Positions 14,341 to 29,346 are shown, counted from the first letter of the stretch. The stretch is 64,000 bases of DNA from Octopus vulgaris (GCA_951406725.2 OX597818.1:31620001-31684000), one strand, 5' to 3'. Program-made: numbers and translations. Notes: a model not told the origin generated them from the letters alone.

Positions 14341-15223
14341 TGTATCTTGATGTGGTTCAAAATAAGTTTCGTTTTTAACAGTGAGCCATGAAGCTGTTTA
14401 CAGTCTTTTCTGGTGATGCTGTAAAATTATGTCAGCTTTTGATTAGTCAACTCTGGATTGAAACTACTGTATGAGAGTTGTATAGACAGTCTTCCATTAG
14501 TGAGGTATAGACCACGAATAAAGAAAAAGTAAATTATACGAAGCATCTATCTGGAGATCTCGAATAAAAAGCTATCAGAGCGCTGGCAGGAACATGATAA
14601 GCAGTGGTAGCAATATATAGCTGTGAGCGCATACACGTTTTACAAATAGCGCAAAAAAGGAAAAGAATGTATGCACAGAAGGTTTTGTTGATAAAATCGG
14701 ATTGTTCTAATTAAAGATACGTGTTCGCATAGATGCCCAAACGTTTTGAAAGGAAAAGCAAAAGTTGCACACTGGTATATCTGCATACACTCACATCACA
14801 AAATTAGAAGGAACATTGTTTAGTTGAAGTAACGCAAACACAGTCAGCTTTGAGTACAATATATAGAATATTTAATATAGTTCATATATTGCGTAATCTT
14901 TGTATATTTTGTAATGCCATGCTTTCGTAATACAGCTTTCATGTATGTAAGTAAATATATGTACGAGTGTATATTTATACATACATACACACACATACAT
15001 ACATACACACTCATACATACATACGCGCACAGATACATATATGCATATATATATATATATGTAATTGTATTTTCTATTTCTATTTCCATGTCTAGTTATA
15101 TTTACAATATATTATGTATAATGTCATTGCTGTTATGTAATGGTGTAATAAAGTATTGATTGGGTATTATCTGATGGTTGATGATTGATTGATTTAAGTA
15201 TGTTTCTCCATTTTCTCATTTTG

Positions 15224-15266
<43 letters not shown>

Positions 15267-15760
15267 GTGTTAGAGAGTAAAATAGTGGAATACTTATATC
15301 TTAAAAATCATAATAAATGTAAGTATATAATAGTAGCAATATTGTATTGATAAGCAAAAAAAGTACAACTATGACTATTGAATAGTTTTAAAATGTTTAA
15401 TAGTTTTACGATCGTTTCGTGTATTTACTTCATCTTAAAATGAAATCTAAAGTTGATAAGCATCGTTGGGAAGTATATCCACTCATCAGAGAATCGAGTC
15501 GAAAAGAGGAATTTCGGTAGAGGAAATCGAATGAAGAAAATGATGTTTAAATCGAATGAAGAAAACGTTGTTTAAAAAAAAGTTATTGGTATTCATATAT
15601 CTGCGTTAGTATAAATTTGAGCTAAAACTCTAAAAAAGTAGAACAAATCCATGGTAAAAATCCATTTATGGATAACACAAGAAAGAAACGGATCATCGGA
15701 ATTCTAATTCATTCAGCCATCATGGATTTTTCGCAGAGATTAGCGTAGCTTAGATTCTCT

Positions 15761-16134
15761 CTCTTTTACTTGTTTCAGTCATTTGACTGCGGCCATGCTG
15801 GAGCACCGCCTTTTAGTCGAGCAAATCGACCCCAGGACTTATTCTTTGTAAGCCTAGTACTTATTCTATCGGTCTCTTTGCCGAACCGCTAAGTTACGGG
15901 GATGTAAACGCACGAGGATCGGTTGTCTAGCGATGTTGGAGGGACAAACACAGACACACACATATATATACATATATACGACAGGCTTCTTTCAGTTTCC
16001 GTCTACCAAATCCACTCACAAGGCTTTGGTCGGCCCGAGGCTAAAGTAGAAGACACCTGCCCACGCAGTGGGATTGAATCCGGAACCATGTGGTTGGTAA
16101 GCAAGCTACTTACCACACAGCCACTCCTGCGCCT
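15761..16134 (-). mobile_element. SINE family A copy
   Basis: Reverse complement of family A with a small internal deletion. Confidence 0.87.
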
Positions 16135-16289
16135 ATTAATATATATCATTAATATATTTTATTTTGAGCGAGTTAGTTTGTGCTGTTGGGTGCACATGGT
16201 CCTTGGGCAAGTTATGATTGTCGTAAATTAATATAAGACCAACAGAGGAAATTCAGACTAGCAAGAAAAAATAAAATAAGATATATTTA

Positions 16290-16328
<39 letters not shown>

Positions 16329-16351
16329 AAGTATACACACACACGCATTAC

Positions 16352-16670
16352 TGGCGGTGCGTCGATTATGACGGCGTGGGTTTCAGTTGATCTGATCGGC
16401 AGAGCAGTCTGCTTGTGAAATTTACGGGCAAGTGGCTGAGCACTCCACAGACATGCGTACCCTTAACGTAGTTTTCAGGGAGTTTCAGCGTGACACAGAG
16501 TATGAAAAGCTGGCCCTTTGAAAAGCAGGTGCTACTCATGTTCGTTAGCTGAGTGAATTGGGGCAAAATGAAATAAAGTGTCTTGCTCAAGGACACAACG
16601 CGTCGCGTTGTCGGGAATTGAACTCACGAGCTTACTACCCTGAGCTGAATACACTAACCACTAAGCCACG
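16352..16670 (-). mobile_element. Chimeric SINE (family D head/body + family C tail)
   Basis: The 5' half resembles the 4546 copy; the 3' half (ctgtgtcacgctgaa…ctacgttaaggg…gtgctcagccact) resembles 51820-51965. Confidence 0.75.
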
Positions 16671-16676
16671 AACATT

Positions 16677-16718
<42 letters not shown>

Positions 16719-17111
16719 GACACATGTATGTATGTATGTATACATTTTTATTCACACACATATATGTATATAGACGCGATTTACATATGTTTGTCTTAAT
16801 GTGTCTTTATTAGCGTCTAAATATTTGTATCTGTGATCATTACAGAAACTAACTGTGAGCATGTGCTCGGTAAATTGGTTTTGAAATATAACACAGATTG
16901 TATTTGCAGAAGAGTTAGCCAGACGGAACAATATCTGCTACATTGGGGAAGGTTAAATTTATTATATATTTTACGGTTCTCTCTCTATCTTACTTTTTCG
17001 GCGTGTCCGCGCGCACGCAGAAACAGACGGACAGACAGAAAGGCAGACAGACAGAAACACTCACACACACAAACCGAAAACACATATCTGTATATCTTTC
17101 TAACTCTCTCT

Positions 17112-17166
<55 letters not shown>

Positions 17167-18299
17167 CATATATATAATTAATTAATTAATTAATTAATGA
17201 AGGATAAAACCGTTTAATGATCCTATCAAGTGGCCAGCATGTTAATTCCATTTAAGAAAATATTTATACTGATGTATAATTATATTGATATAATTATAGC
17301 AAAAGGCTCTACATAGGTACACCAACATGCTTGAAATAGACGCTAAAAGCTCTATAAACCAAATATTATTTTCAGTAGCGACTCGTGTATAGGCACTTCT
17401 GAACTGCAGTAATCTCTTATTTCTACTCGATATTATCGATAACATTCAATATAATGAGTCCGTTTTTCTTTAATTCTTCCTTTATACTTGTAGATTATAT
17501 AATCCTTAAGCTTAATGTCAGTAGCCATCCCCTAGTTTATGAAAAATATATTAAAAGCCTTGTATAGAACCGTGCGCTTCATTGTTTCAGCGTCGCGGTG
17601 TGTGTCTGTTGTGCGCATGCTCACATGTCTGAGATAGGAAGTTGCACGCTAGGTAGAGAGAACACTGTGGTTCATGCAATGCCGACCCTGGCGTGCTGGG
17701 GAAACGTAGTGTTTCTTTTTGACTCCGCGTGCTTAAAAATGTGTTTATATTCTTGAATGTGATAAAGCGTAGAATTAAATTGTTATCCAGCTTCCAGCTA
17801 CAGTGTTACTGCCAGGATTTGAGAAATAGAGCAGACTTTCCCAACTTATTTTGTAGTTTAATGGGGATTTTTGAAAAACAAGGAGGAATTCGCGGCAGTG
17901 TTCAGTGAACAAATTAAGAACGTGGTGGCGTGAAAATGTACATCCGAGACGAGGCCACGCCTGTCGTCCTTACTATCACACTCAATCTCAATTTTAACAT
18001 CCCACTAGTACACATTAAAAAGACTAAAACGGTAAAATGTGCTGCATATCGCCCATCAAATGCCCCAAAACATCGGCACTCATTCGAAGAGAGAAATTCG
18101 AGTCTAGCAATCACACACACACGCTGTTGCCAGGACGATATTAATATTTCTCCGATAAATATTGTATTTTTAAAAATGGCAACTTCATAAGTGATATTAT
18201 CGTCTGAAGAACATAGTGGTAAATCAAATTTTTACGATACCCACATATTAAGTATGATATGCAGATATCTATTTTAAACTAATACTGATTCTGTTGCAC

Positions 18300-18346
18300 A
18301 TGGCGGATATATCTATATTTATATCTGTCGATCTATCTATCTATCC

Positions 18347-18408
<62 letters not shown>

Positions 18409-18475
18409 ACACCTATATATGCATATACATATACACACACACACATATATATATATATACTCACACTCATACACA

Positions 18476-18521
<46 letters not shown>

Positions 18522-18685
18522 GCGCCCATAAACTACAGACCTCTTAGCAGTTGCAGCACTTAAAAGAATTAGACTCCGAGTAAGGAAAATCACGCAATAT
18601 TGATGTATGGCATAATATTTACACCTTAAATTAAGAAACCAAGAAATGTATGCATGCATACATACGTAAATACATATATACATAC

Positions 18686-18722
<37 letters not shown>

Positions 18723-18978
18723 TATATGCACATATACATATATGTGTATATATACATTCATACACACACACACACATATATGTATCATGTTATATTATAT
18801 CATATTCAAAGAAACTTGTTGGGTAAGGCCAGAACAATACGAGATGAGATGAAATAAATAAAAAGAATAAAATAGAACAAAGTTATATTTCTATTCTAAC
18901 ACACACACAAACACACACAAACACACGCATATGTATACATATTAAAGAATAAGATAATATATAATGTATAATAGATTT

Positions 18979-19028
<50 letters not shown>

Positions 19029-19273
19029 ATACATATACATATTTATAGAGGCATACATATATACGCATATACTTACACACAACCGGACACAGAAACATAT
19101 ATAACTATACTGCGCACACACACACACAAACGCCTATACCTCCATGAATATACACGCCTTCATTCATAAAATGTGACAGGAAAATATACGTAAAAAGCCA
19201 AATTAGATAGATTTGTTACTTTATTCGCTTCTGACATCGTTATTACTCATCAGGAAATTACATTAGATATATG

Positions 19274-19345
<72 letters not shown>

Positions 19346-19407
19346 CATAAGTGTGTGTTCGTGTTCGTATGTGTTTGTGTCTGTGTCTGTACGTGCGTAT
19401 ATATATT

Positions 19408-19464
<57 letters not shown>

Positions 19465-20003
19465 ATATACATATAAGTATATATGTGTATGTATATATAC
19501 GTACATATGTACATACACTTATATCTCCCTCTTTCTCTTTATATATACATTTATATAGGGGTGCATATGTGACCACTGATACACTTTCACATAAACATTC
19601 AAACATTTGTTTGTGTATAATTGTATAATTTTTGTGCGCGTATATATATATATATATAACTTTTTATACTGATGTATGTATATATATTCATTTATATATG
19701 TGTATAGGCATGCGTATGGTATATGCTTTTGTGTGCGTGTGGGTATGTCTATTCATTCAAATGTAGATTCTGATATGAACTCGTAATCAACAAGCCGTGG
19801 ATATAGATATGTAAGTTTAAACAGTTACATCTATCCCTAGTCTTGAAAAACGTATTCTGCATTCTAATTTTATGCGACTCGTGGGAGAGGTAGAAAAATA
19901 TAATTTTGTTTTAAGTTTTTTGAAATCGATGTTCGTCATACATACATATATAGATGCATACATACATACATACATACAAACATATATACATACATACATG
20001 CAT

Positions 20004-20049
<46 letters not shown>

Positions 20050-20053
20050 GTTT

Positions 20054-20095
<42 letters not shown>

Positions 20096-20755
20096 GTACA
20101 TATATACATAACACATATCTCTCTTTCTCTCTGTATATACATTCATATATGGGTGCGTATGTGACCACTGATACACTCACACATAGAATACAAACATTTG
20201 TTTGTGTATAATTGTATAATTTTTGTGCGTGTATATATATATATATATATATATATTTACTCCCTAATATTATTATTATATATTATAATAAGATATATAT
20301 ATATATGTAAATATATATATATATGTGTGTGTGTGTGTGTATACATATATACAAATATATATATATATTTATATAAATATACATTTACATGCAGGCACTT
20401 GCACACGCCCACACACGTACGTAAATACACACAAACACAAACACGTACACACACACACACATGTGGAGACACATATATATGCATATATGATACTAACGAT
20501 AAGTTTTTAATATCTTTCTGTGCATATACATATGTATATTTGTGTTTGTATGTGTTTGAGTTTTTGACCATATTTGTATCTATCTATGTTTCTGGTGTGT
20601 ATGTATCTCCACCCAAACTCGCTTACATGCACACACATATACACATACACATACATAGTATATATTTATCATATACATATATATTTATATTTTAAAATAT
20701 TGACATGTATTATATAAACATAAATATATATATATATGTGTGAGTGTGCATGTAT

Positions 20756-20786
<31 letters not shown>

Positions 20787-20869
20787 CACACACATATATA
20801 TATATGTATATGTGTGTGTTTTTATATATGCATAAACATATACGCACCCATATAAAAATATACGTATAT

Positions 20870-20934
<65 letters not shown>

Positions 20935-21070
20935 AATGTATGTATATTTATATGCACGTATGTAAGTATATATATATATGTGTATATATATATATATAAA
21001 TTTATATCTATCTATCTATCTGTATGTCTGTCTGTCTATCTGCCTGTCTGTCTGTCTATCTATCTATCTG

Positions 21071-21126
<56 letters not shown>

Positions 21127-21291
21127 CCTATTTATCTATCTTTCTAACTGTCTGTCTGTCTGTTTATCTATCTATAGACATACATATACAAATAATTTTA
21201 CACTAGTGTTTTCGATAAATGTTATATTATTATCTCTGTACCTACCTATTACTCTATGTGTATACATATACACACATATGTATGTACACAT

Positions 21292-21332
<41 letters not shown>

Positions 21333-21402
21333 ATATATGTATGTGTGTGTGTATGTATATATGTATGTATGTATATAAATATATATATATATATAGATAT
21401 AT

Positions 21403-21448
<46 letters not shown>

Positions 21449-21771
21449 TTATACATTAATACATATTCATGTTGATAGACAGCTGTTTGTATATATATGT
21501 ATATATTTGTGTGTATGTGCGTGTGTGCTCATATGTGTTTGTATGGTAAATAGATATTTCAAATGATAGACATATAAAATAGGTATATATATTCACATGT
21601 AATTTGCTTTGTGCCAATATTCGAAAAATTATCTATGAATCTTACACAAATACACATAGGCAGACACACTCCCAAACGAACACGGACACAGCACACGCGC
21701 ACATAGAGTTTGCACACGCGTGCGCGTTTTTATATGTGTATAGTTCTGTGGGCGTGCATGCGTATTTACAA

Positions 21772-21838
<67 letters not shown>

Positions 21839-22056
21839 TATAGATAGATAGATAGATAGATAGATACTTAGAGTTATAGAGAGAGAATGAAAATAGGGGA
21901 GAATGAAATGTTTGAAAATGTGAAGGGACAATCTGATAAATAAATAGAAAATTAAAATCGCTTGCTCATCTGTGAGATATAATATTCCTTGGCTCTCATA
22001 CTTATATATAATTTTACCTAAAGATGCATAGGAATTATATACATACGTACATACAT

Positions 22057-22097
<41 letters not shown>

Positions 22098-22140
22098 GTA
22101 TGTATGTATGTATGTATGTATGCATATAGTATGTGTATTT
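18300..22140. repeat. Dense field of (TA)n, (CA)n, (TATC)n and (TATG)n microsatellites
   Basis: Direct inspection. It is the source of many spurious ORFs. Confidence 0.95.
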
Positions 22141-25100
22141 ATGAATTGCTTTCTTTTTATGTATCCGTGTTTATCTCAGTAATATTGCCCCTTACAATAA
22201 ATCAGTACTTCCTGCATCATCTAAATATTTTATATTAAACTTAACGCCCTGGGAAATAATAATAAATCTAATGTTGTAATCTTGTCTGATATTGTAGGGA
22301 GCTCTATCGTTCTCCTACGGGATCTCTGGATGATTTTGGCTTGCAAAGAGTGAATCTTCTTATCAAATCTTATTATAGGATTGACGTTAAAGTGGTTCAG
22401 CCTCTCAAGTGATGCTATATTCCCCAAACTGAATATCTATATATCTACTGGTGATTGATATCATCGTATTAGCACTACCAAAGTAGTAATAATTTCTAAT
22501 GTTTTTAGACATGTCTACTATTATACGGAGTTGCTGCTGTTATATATGCTCTGGTAGATGAAACTTATTATCAAAGGCATTCCAACAGTGACTAATTAAT
22601 CTTTTTACGGATATATACTAGTAAAATATTAAATATAATTTCTGTACTAAAGATTTCAGACAGTTATTTGAAGGAGTTTGATCGCTATTTCTAGCATAAC
22701 GAAAATCCATATGGAGAATTGTTATGTCGCACGTTCGGATGCCTCTACTACTCAACTCTCTCTTCTCTACCCCCCTTTGACGTCTAGGCTTATCCCTCTA
22801 CATCTACGTATTGGGCTAGCCTATTTCATCGTGAGGGGGCGTCCACACAAAAAGAATCCATATAGAATGTTCCCAGATGTTGGCGAATGTAATTGGTATT
22901 TAATTTACGGAAACGGCTATCCAAATTGACCAAACAACAATATGTTTCTATATCGTTGGAAAACGTGAAATCCACCTCCAAAAGAAGCAGTAAGAAGTCG
23001 AATAATTAGCTGGTCTGGTTGAATTCTTGTCAAATTTCCGTGCCATTCCTCAAATTCAATGACATTCGCGTGCAGCTGCTTTGGGAATTGCTAAGATATC
23101 TTCGTGGAGCATTCAATAGATTCTCCTTCGATCTGACATCCATTGAACTGAGCGGTTGCATTTTCTATTTGCATCATGTTCAACTTGTAAGTATTACTTT
23201 ATGACAACCAGTGTGAACAATAGCCTTCTCAGATTCAATGTCTAATTAATAAATATTCGTATTAAAATACTTCTCATAACTACAATTTCTTCTCAATTCA
23301 TTAACTTGCAGAGAGATGGGACCCAATTAACTGGTATAAGCAGAATAAGTTAATTAGAGATGAGACTTTGATGGTAATATAACTATTAATTAATTGTTAA
23401 TAAATATTTTATTTCTGTTCTGGCAACACTACAGTATTTCATCGATAATACAAACGGCAAATTTATATCTAGTGTACTATCAATTAACTAGCGTGTTATA
23501 TGAAATATGTTTCTTAATAAATTTAGTCTAATCACCAGGTATTCTATGATGTCACTGTATTATACTGTCGACTTTTACAAATTCATCTTAAACCTGTAGC
23601 GGTGATTCGAAAATGAAAATCTGGTTATGCAGTCAGACATCACGAACAATACAGCTTCACATGATCGGTCTATACACCGATCAATCAGCATAAACAAAAG
23701 CCTGGAGATGTTTTCTCCAACATTCTAGAATAGGTCCCCTATAAAAAGCGTTCGGCGCACATTTTTACCAGGGAGACGATCCAAAAAGTCTGCTAAGACT
23801 TTTGGTGCATATAGATGACAGGGACCTGTCGCTACGAATATAGTACAATCGTTTCCAGTTATGTTCGGCAAGCTGCGCGTTACCATATCAATAGCTTGCC
23901 GTAAACTCCAAGCAGTATCTCTCTTCTAGTAAATAATTAATGCTGTTGTTATCTGTAATAGTCCAACGCAGTTTGTCTTCATGTGCGATAAAAAAAAATC
24001 TTCTATTAAATGTTCCCAGGTGTTGTCTAGTTACTGCTACACGCAGCCGAAGAAACTTATTTTCATTCATCAAACCAACCAGTCATCACAACAGACTGAC
24101 CAATCTTCAAATCTAAATGTATTTTTATATATTTAAAACGCTTTAAGCTTTATTGGTGTAATTTTTTGTTTATTGCTCTTGAGTAAGTAAATATTTTTCT
24201 TTCATTAATTTCTTGGAGAATATAGAAAAATAACACTGCTTAAACTGTCTGAAAGTTTGGTTGATATGTGTGTATCCATTGTTCTGCAGAAAGGAGAGAA
24301 AATAAAAACAGGTAAATTGAAGGAAGAAGTAGAGAGGAAGGAAGGTAAGGCTGAAGGGTATGTTTAAAACTATTGATGATATATCATAATTATAACGTGG
24401 GAAAGTAAAACATTTATCACTTGAAAATGCAACTGATTCTTACGCAGAGGAGAAATTGAAAGTTATGGGAACCAGACTTCTGTTAATGGCAATAATGACA
24501 TCAACAATTTCTTCGATTTTGTCAGAAAAAAAATTACCAGTAGAGTTAGTTCATTGTATAACATGAATGATACTCTTAAAATTGTCAGTAAAATAAAAGG
24601 TAACAAACTGATTCATTTATATAAGAATTCTTAATCTAAATAGAATATTTCAGTATCATATACGTGCAACACGAAAGATAGAATTCAAAGCAGTTTAGGA
24701 ATATGAAACCGTAAAAAGCTGATCCTGTTGTTAAGATCTTAGTCAGATCTAGTTGTGAAAGCCTATAATCAAAGATGTTCTGCCCATGATCGTCCAGAAA
24801 TTTTTGCTTGAATATTTACGACTATTTTTTCTAATGTATCTTTTTTTCTAAAACGATAAACTGTGATTTGTGTGAATTCAGTTACAATTCTAGCAAATCG
24901 AAAAACTAAAATAGTTTGTTGTTGACACCAGATTAACCCTGATCGAACGAGCCAATAACTAAAAGCGTTCTACTCATAAGCATCCCATCTTTTTCTTGGT
25001 GATTTGGCTGCCATTTTTAACAGATCTGATAACCGCAGGGAAGGTCTTACGAACTTTCGCTACTAGAAGTCATTGACTCACGCAACTTCTTTGCTTGATT

Positions 25101-25399
25101 CCTAAAAAAACTGGCTGCCAAACTATATCTTTTTACTGAAATATATGGACGTACATTATCTCAAAACCATGGACGTTATGAGTACCATTAAGTCTGCAGA
25201 TTGTCACTCCCTACAAACATACTGTGATGACAACATCATACAGTAAATATAATGAGATCTTTAAATCTTTAACTTATTTCGGCTTTTGACCTGAAATCAT
25301 GCTGGGACACCACCGTTTTCTTTCTAATATCCTAAGGAAAGAAAACCACAAATATGTTTTTCTCGGACTGTTCCTGTTCCTTCTCTTTGGACCCTTCCT

Positions 25400-25500
25400 C
25401 TTTCTTTTTTCTGTTGAAGAGCATTGCTCGAAACGTCACACCCCGTCTCAAACTGAGCGTCAACCTAATGCATTCACTGTGTTTTGACTTGCGCTGTCAT
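25400..25500 (+). ncRNA. PLE-type hammerhead motif in a 3'-end relic
   Basis: CTGTTGA A GAGC att GCTC GAAA CG TC followed by ctgagcg…ctaatgca, the same core variant and downstream motif as in the pLTRs. Stem I is not paired. Confidence 0.65.
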
Positions 25501-25509
25501 TCTTTTAGC

Positions 25510-25743
25510 TTTGATTTGCCTTCCGCCGGGGTCAACTTTGCCTTTCATTCTTTTATTCTTTCGGGGTCGATAAATAAAGTACCATATAAGTCGACTCCCC
25601 TTCGTCTGTCCTTGCACTGGGGGCGATATAATCGACTCAATCCCTTCGTCTGTCCTTGTTTGTCTCCCTCTATATTTAGCCCCTTCTGGGCACTAAAGAA
25701 ATATATATATATATATATATGCATGTGTGTGTATACATATACG

Positions 25744-25774
<31 letters not shown>

Positions 25775-25825
25775 TACACACACCTACATACACACACCTA
25801 TATAGATAAACAGAGAGAGAGAAAA

Positions 25826-25878
<53 letters not shown>

Positions 25879-26072
25879 TTTCGGGCCTTGTGCTTGGAGT
25901 AGAAAAGAATGTGTGGTAAGAAGAAAGCGGCGAGCTGGCAGAAATGTTAACACGCCGGGCGAAATGCTTAGCGGTATTTCGTCTGCCTTTACGTTCTGAG
26001 TTCAAATCCACCGAGGTCGACTTTGCCTTTCATTCTTTCGGGGTCGATAAATTAAGTACCAGTTGCATACTG
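25510..26072 (+). mobile_element. SINE family B pieces separated by microsatellites
   Basis: 3' portion at ~25510-25700 and 5' portion at ~25925-26072. Confidence 0.72.
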
Positions 26073-26420
26073 AGTGTGGTAAGAAGCTTGCTTCGCAACC
26101 GTATGGTTCGGTGCTCAGTCCCACTGCGTGGCACTTTGGGCAAGTGTCTTCTACTATAACCTCGAGTCGACCAAATCATTGTGAGTGGATGTGAAAGAAG
26201 CCCTTCATATTCTTTATTCTTTTATGCTTTTACTTGTTTCAATCAGACTGTGGCCGTACGAAAGCACCGCCTTTAGTCGAACAAATTCACTCTGGGACTT
26301 ATTTTTTGTATGCCTAGTACTTATTCTATCAGTGTCTTTTGCCGAACCGCTAGGTTTCGGGGATGTAAACACACCAACATCGGTTGTCAAGTGATGGTGG
26401 GGTGACAAATACCGACATAG

Positions 26421-26454
<34 letters not shown>

Positions 26455-26775
26455 ACAGTTTCCGTCTACCATATCCACTCAAAAGGTTTGGTCGGCCCGG
26501 GGTTATAATAGAAGACAATTACCCAGGGAGCCTCGCAGTGGGAATGAATTCAGGACCATGTGGTTGGGAAGCAAAGCTTCTTACTACATGTATATATTTA
26601 TGTGTGTCTTTGTGTCTATGTATCCCCACCACCACTGTTGATGTGTTTAAGTTTCCGTAACTTAGCGGTTCGGCAAAAAGAAACCGATAATATAAGTACC
26701 TGGCTTTAAAAAAAACTTTTAAAAACTGGGGTCAAGCTGTTCCATAGAAATTTATCAGACTAAAACAAGTAAAAC
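26073..26775. mobile_element. Nested SINE family A copies (a minus copy at ~26215-26585 between plus-strand 5' and 3' pieces)
   Basis: Family A motifs in both orientations. Confidence 0.75.
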
Positions 26776-27022
26776 AACGTTATAGGAATGAAATCTAGAA
26801 GATTTTAGTCCTCGATAAAAGAACTAAAAGGTTAACGTGCAAATGAAGGAGGCTCTTTGAGGTCGATTGGACTGCTAGAAACAGCAGCGAAATTTCTCTC
26901 AAATCCCCAGTTTTGTCTAAATTTTATATTTTATTTAAACAAAAATGATAAAATTAAAAATCAAGTACAAAAATAATATTTATTTCGAATAAATGTTTTT
27001 CTAAAAATTGTTTTCGAATAAT

Positions 27023-27145
27023 TGTTCATTTCTCTATTTTTCTCTTCTCCTTTACCCTTTCCGTAGAACAGAGAATGCTCGAAACGTTAAAGATTTCTAA
27101 TTTCCTGAGCGTAATCCTATTACACCCAGTTTGTGATTTTTTTTC
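27023..27145 (+). mobile_element. Short inverted copy of the PLE 3' end with a degenerate HHR
   Basis: Reverse complement of ~28032-28161 (…gagaatgctcGAAACGTTaaaga…cctgagcgtaa). Confidence 0.75.
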
Positions 27146-27635
27146 GGATACGGATAAATTGGAGTATTAGAAACATAAAGATAGAGAAGTGTAACTTTTG
27201 ACACGAGAACTGCTAGAGCACACTGACCTTAACAAAAGTAGAACAACTAGCTCAGAGTTGATATTTTATAGATTTTATTATCACTGTGTATATATGCATT
27301 TCTATATAGATATGAACATATATATAAATGGACCTGGTAACTATAGACATTGAATATTATGCTAGCGTTACAAAATGCGCTTGAGAAACGTTCATACGAT
27401 ACGTGATTTTTATAGATATGGAAATATTTGCATATAACTTTATATCATGAAATGTATACATATTAGAAGACGAGAATACAATTCGGAATAAACATTCGTA
27501 GATGTGCAAACACCAACGCGCTTGGCTTGTATGTAAATATCTATATGATACACACACACACACACACACACACATACAAATAAATAAATATTAAATAACA
27601 AAATAATTATATATATATAAGTATATATATGTGTA

Positions 27636-27687
<52 letters not shown>

Positions 27688-27881
27688 TCGGGGGGATCTT
27701 TTTTCAGTCTAGTAACCCACACTGACTAACACAGATGTGGCGAAACTAGTATTCTCTTCTGGGAATACTATAAGCCAAAATTCAACAAATCTGACATGCG
27801 AAGTAAAATTCTTTCTCTAAATAGACGGTTTCAATTGCTATCGCAAATTCTCGTGAAGTTATTTATTATAGCCTCTCCCAA

Positions 27882-27927
<46 letters not shown>

Positions 27928-27934
27928 GTTTATA

Positions 27935-27983
<49 letters not shown>

Positions 27984-28031
27984 TCACACACATGCAATAC
28001 ATACATTAAAACGGAATACGAGGACGAAGTA

Positions 28032-29110
28032 GAAAAAAAATCTCGAACTAGGTCTATTAGACTTACTTACGCTCAGGAAAATTAGAAGTCTTTAACGTTT
28101 CGAGCATTCTCTCTTCTACGGAAAGGGTAAAGGAGAAGAGGAAAAATAGAGAAATGAACAAACCTGTCTCAATTAGACAGTCACCACGTGACGAAATCAC
28201 CAGAAGAGGAAGTAGTTGGCTTGAGGCGTAGGTGGCAAGCAGAAAGGCAATAACGTTGCATTTGGGTGTGAAGGAGCACATGTGTCTGTATGAAGTTAAT
28301 GCATGTATGTGTGTGTGTGTGTGTTTATGCCGTATGATTGTTTGTGTGTAAACATGTGTATGGGCATGTGTATGTGCGTGAGAGTAGCTGACGTATACAT
28401 GTGTTATAGAAGGATGTTAAGTGCGTCATACTGTATAGATGTGTTAGATGGAATAGAGTGATATAATTATTAAGCGTTGGGAAATATGGGTGAGTGATTA
28501 TGCTCTTGCAAATATAGTGCCAATATGATGAGGTGGCGAGCTGGCAGAATCGTTAGAGCACTAGACCAATATACTGGACCGAAATGCTTGGCGGCATTTC
28601 TCCATTTGTTTTACATTATGAGTTCAAATTCTTCCGCGGTCGACTTTGCCTTTCATCAATTCGAGGTCGATAAAATAACTACCATCTGAGCACTAGGGTC
28701 GATGTAATCGACTTAGTGTCAAGATGACTATGGAAATATGGGTGCTAGTATGTATGGGGTAGGAAGAAAGAGTGTGTGTATGTCTGTGTGTTTTTATGTA
28801 TACGTATATGGTGTTTGAAAGTAGACGGCGAACGTAGTGTTGGGTTAAAGCTAGACGTTGCAGAATAGTTGCATCGGAGGTAGATGTTGAGGCAGGCCAG
28901 TATGAAGATAAGAACTGTGTAGTATATGTAAATGCGGGTAGAGGAGGGTTTAAAGGAAGAGGAGTGGTAAGTTTAGTCCGGGAGGGACTGAAGTATGGAG
29001 AGAGAAAATTAAATCCTACTCCCGATGAAGCTGAGAATCCGGAGTGTCAGTTGGCGGATGTGAGGGAGAACGGTACAAGACCAGTCCGAACACGGACTGA
29101 TGTTGTAGGC
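28032..29110 (-). mobile_element. Decayed 3' fragment (solo pLTR-like) of a related PLE
   Basis: Minus-strand 29108-28950 translates LQHQSVFGLVLYR...PDSQLHRE*DLIFSLHTSVPPGLNLPLLFL*, matching the PLE C-terminus LQHLSVFGLSLHRGHPDSRLRREQELIFSLRSYTPFGLN. An HHR-like ...gctcGAAACGTTaaaga lies at ~28089-28125, and a SINE is inserted at ~28531-28716. Confidence 0.85.
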
Positions 29111-29215
29111 ACCGACTTGGGTGTGTCGTAAGAAGATTGCTTCTCAACCACACGATTCCGGGTTCAGTCCCGATGCGTGGAACCTTAGACAAGAGTCTTT
29201 TAGTATTGAGTAGAC

Positions 29216-29253
<38 letters not shown>

Positions 29254-29254
29254 C

Positions 29255-29346
29255 ATTATAATTAGGGTATCTAAGAGATACCTCCACGCTGGAAATAGCA
29301 GCGAAAACTAGACGTAGAGGTATCTCTTAGATACCCTAATTATAAT
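29255..29346. repeat. Perfect 30-bp inverted repeat
   Basis: attataattagggtatctaagagatacctc / gaggtatctcttagataccctaattataat. Confidence 0.9.

Noticed and set aside
19210-19258. Minus-strand CTGATGA...CGAA hammerhead candidate
   Set aside because: Stem II does not pair beyond the closing base pair and GAAA is broken.
23700-24073. Possible Helitron/PIF1 helicase relic (AIDMVTRSLPNITGND)
   Set aside because: A single weak motif with no supporting neighbours.
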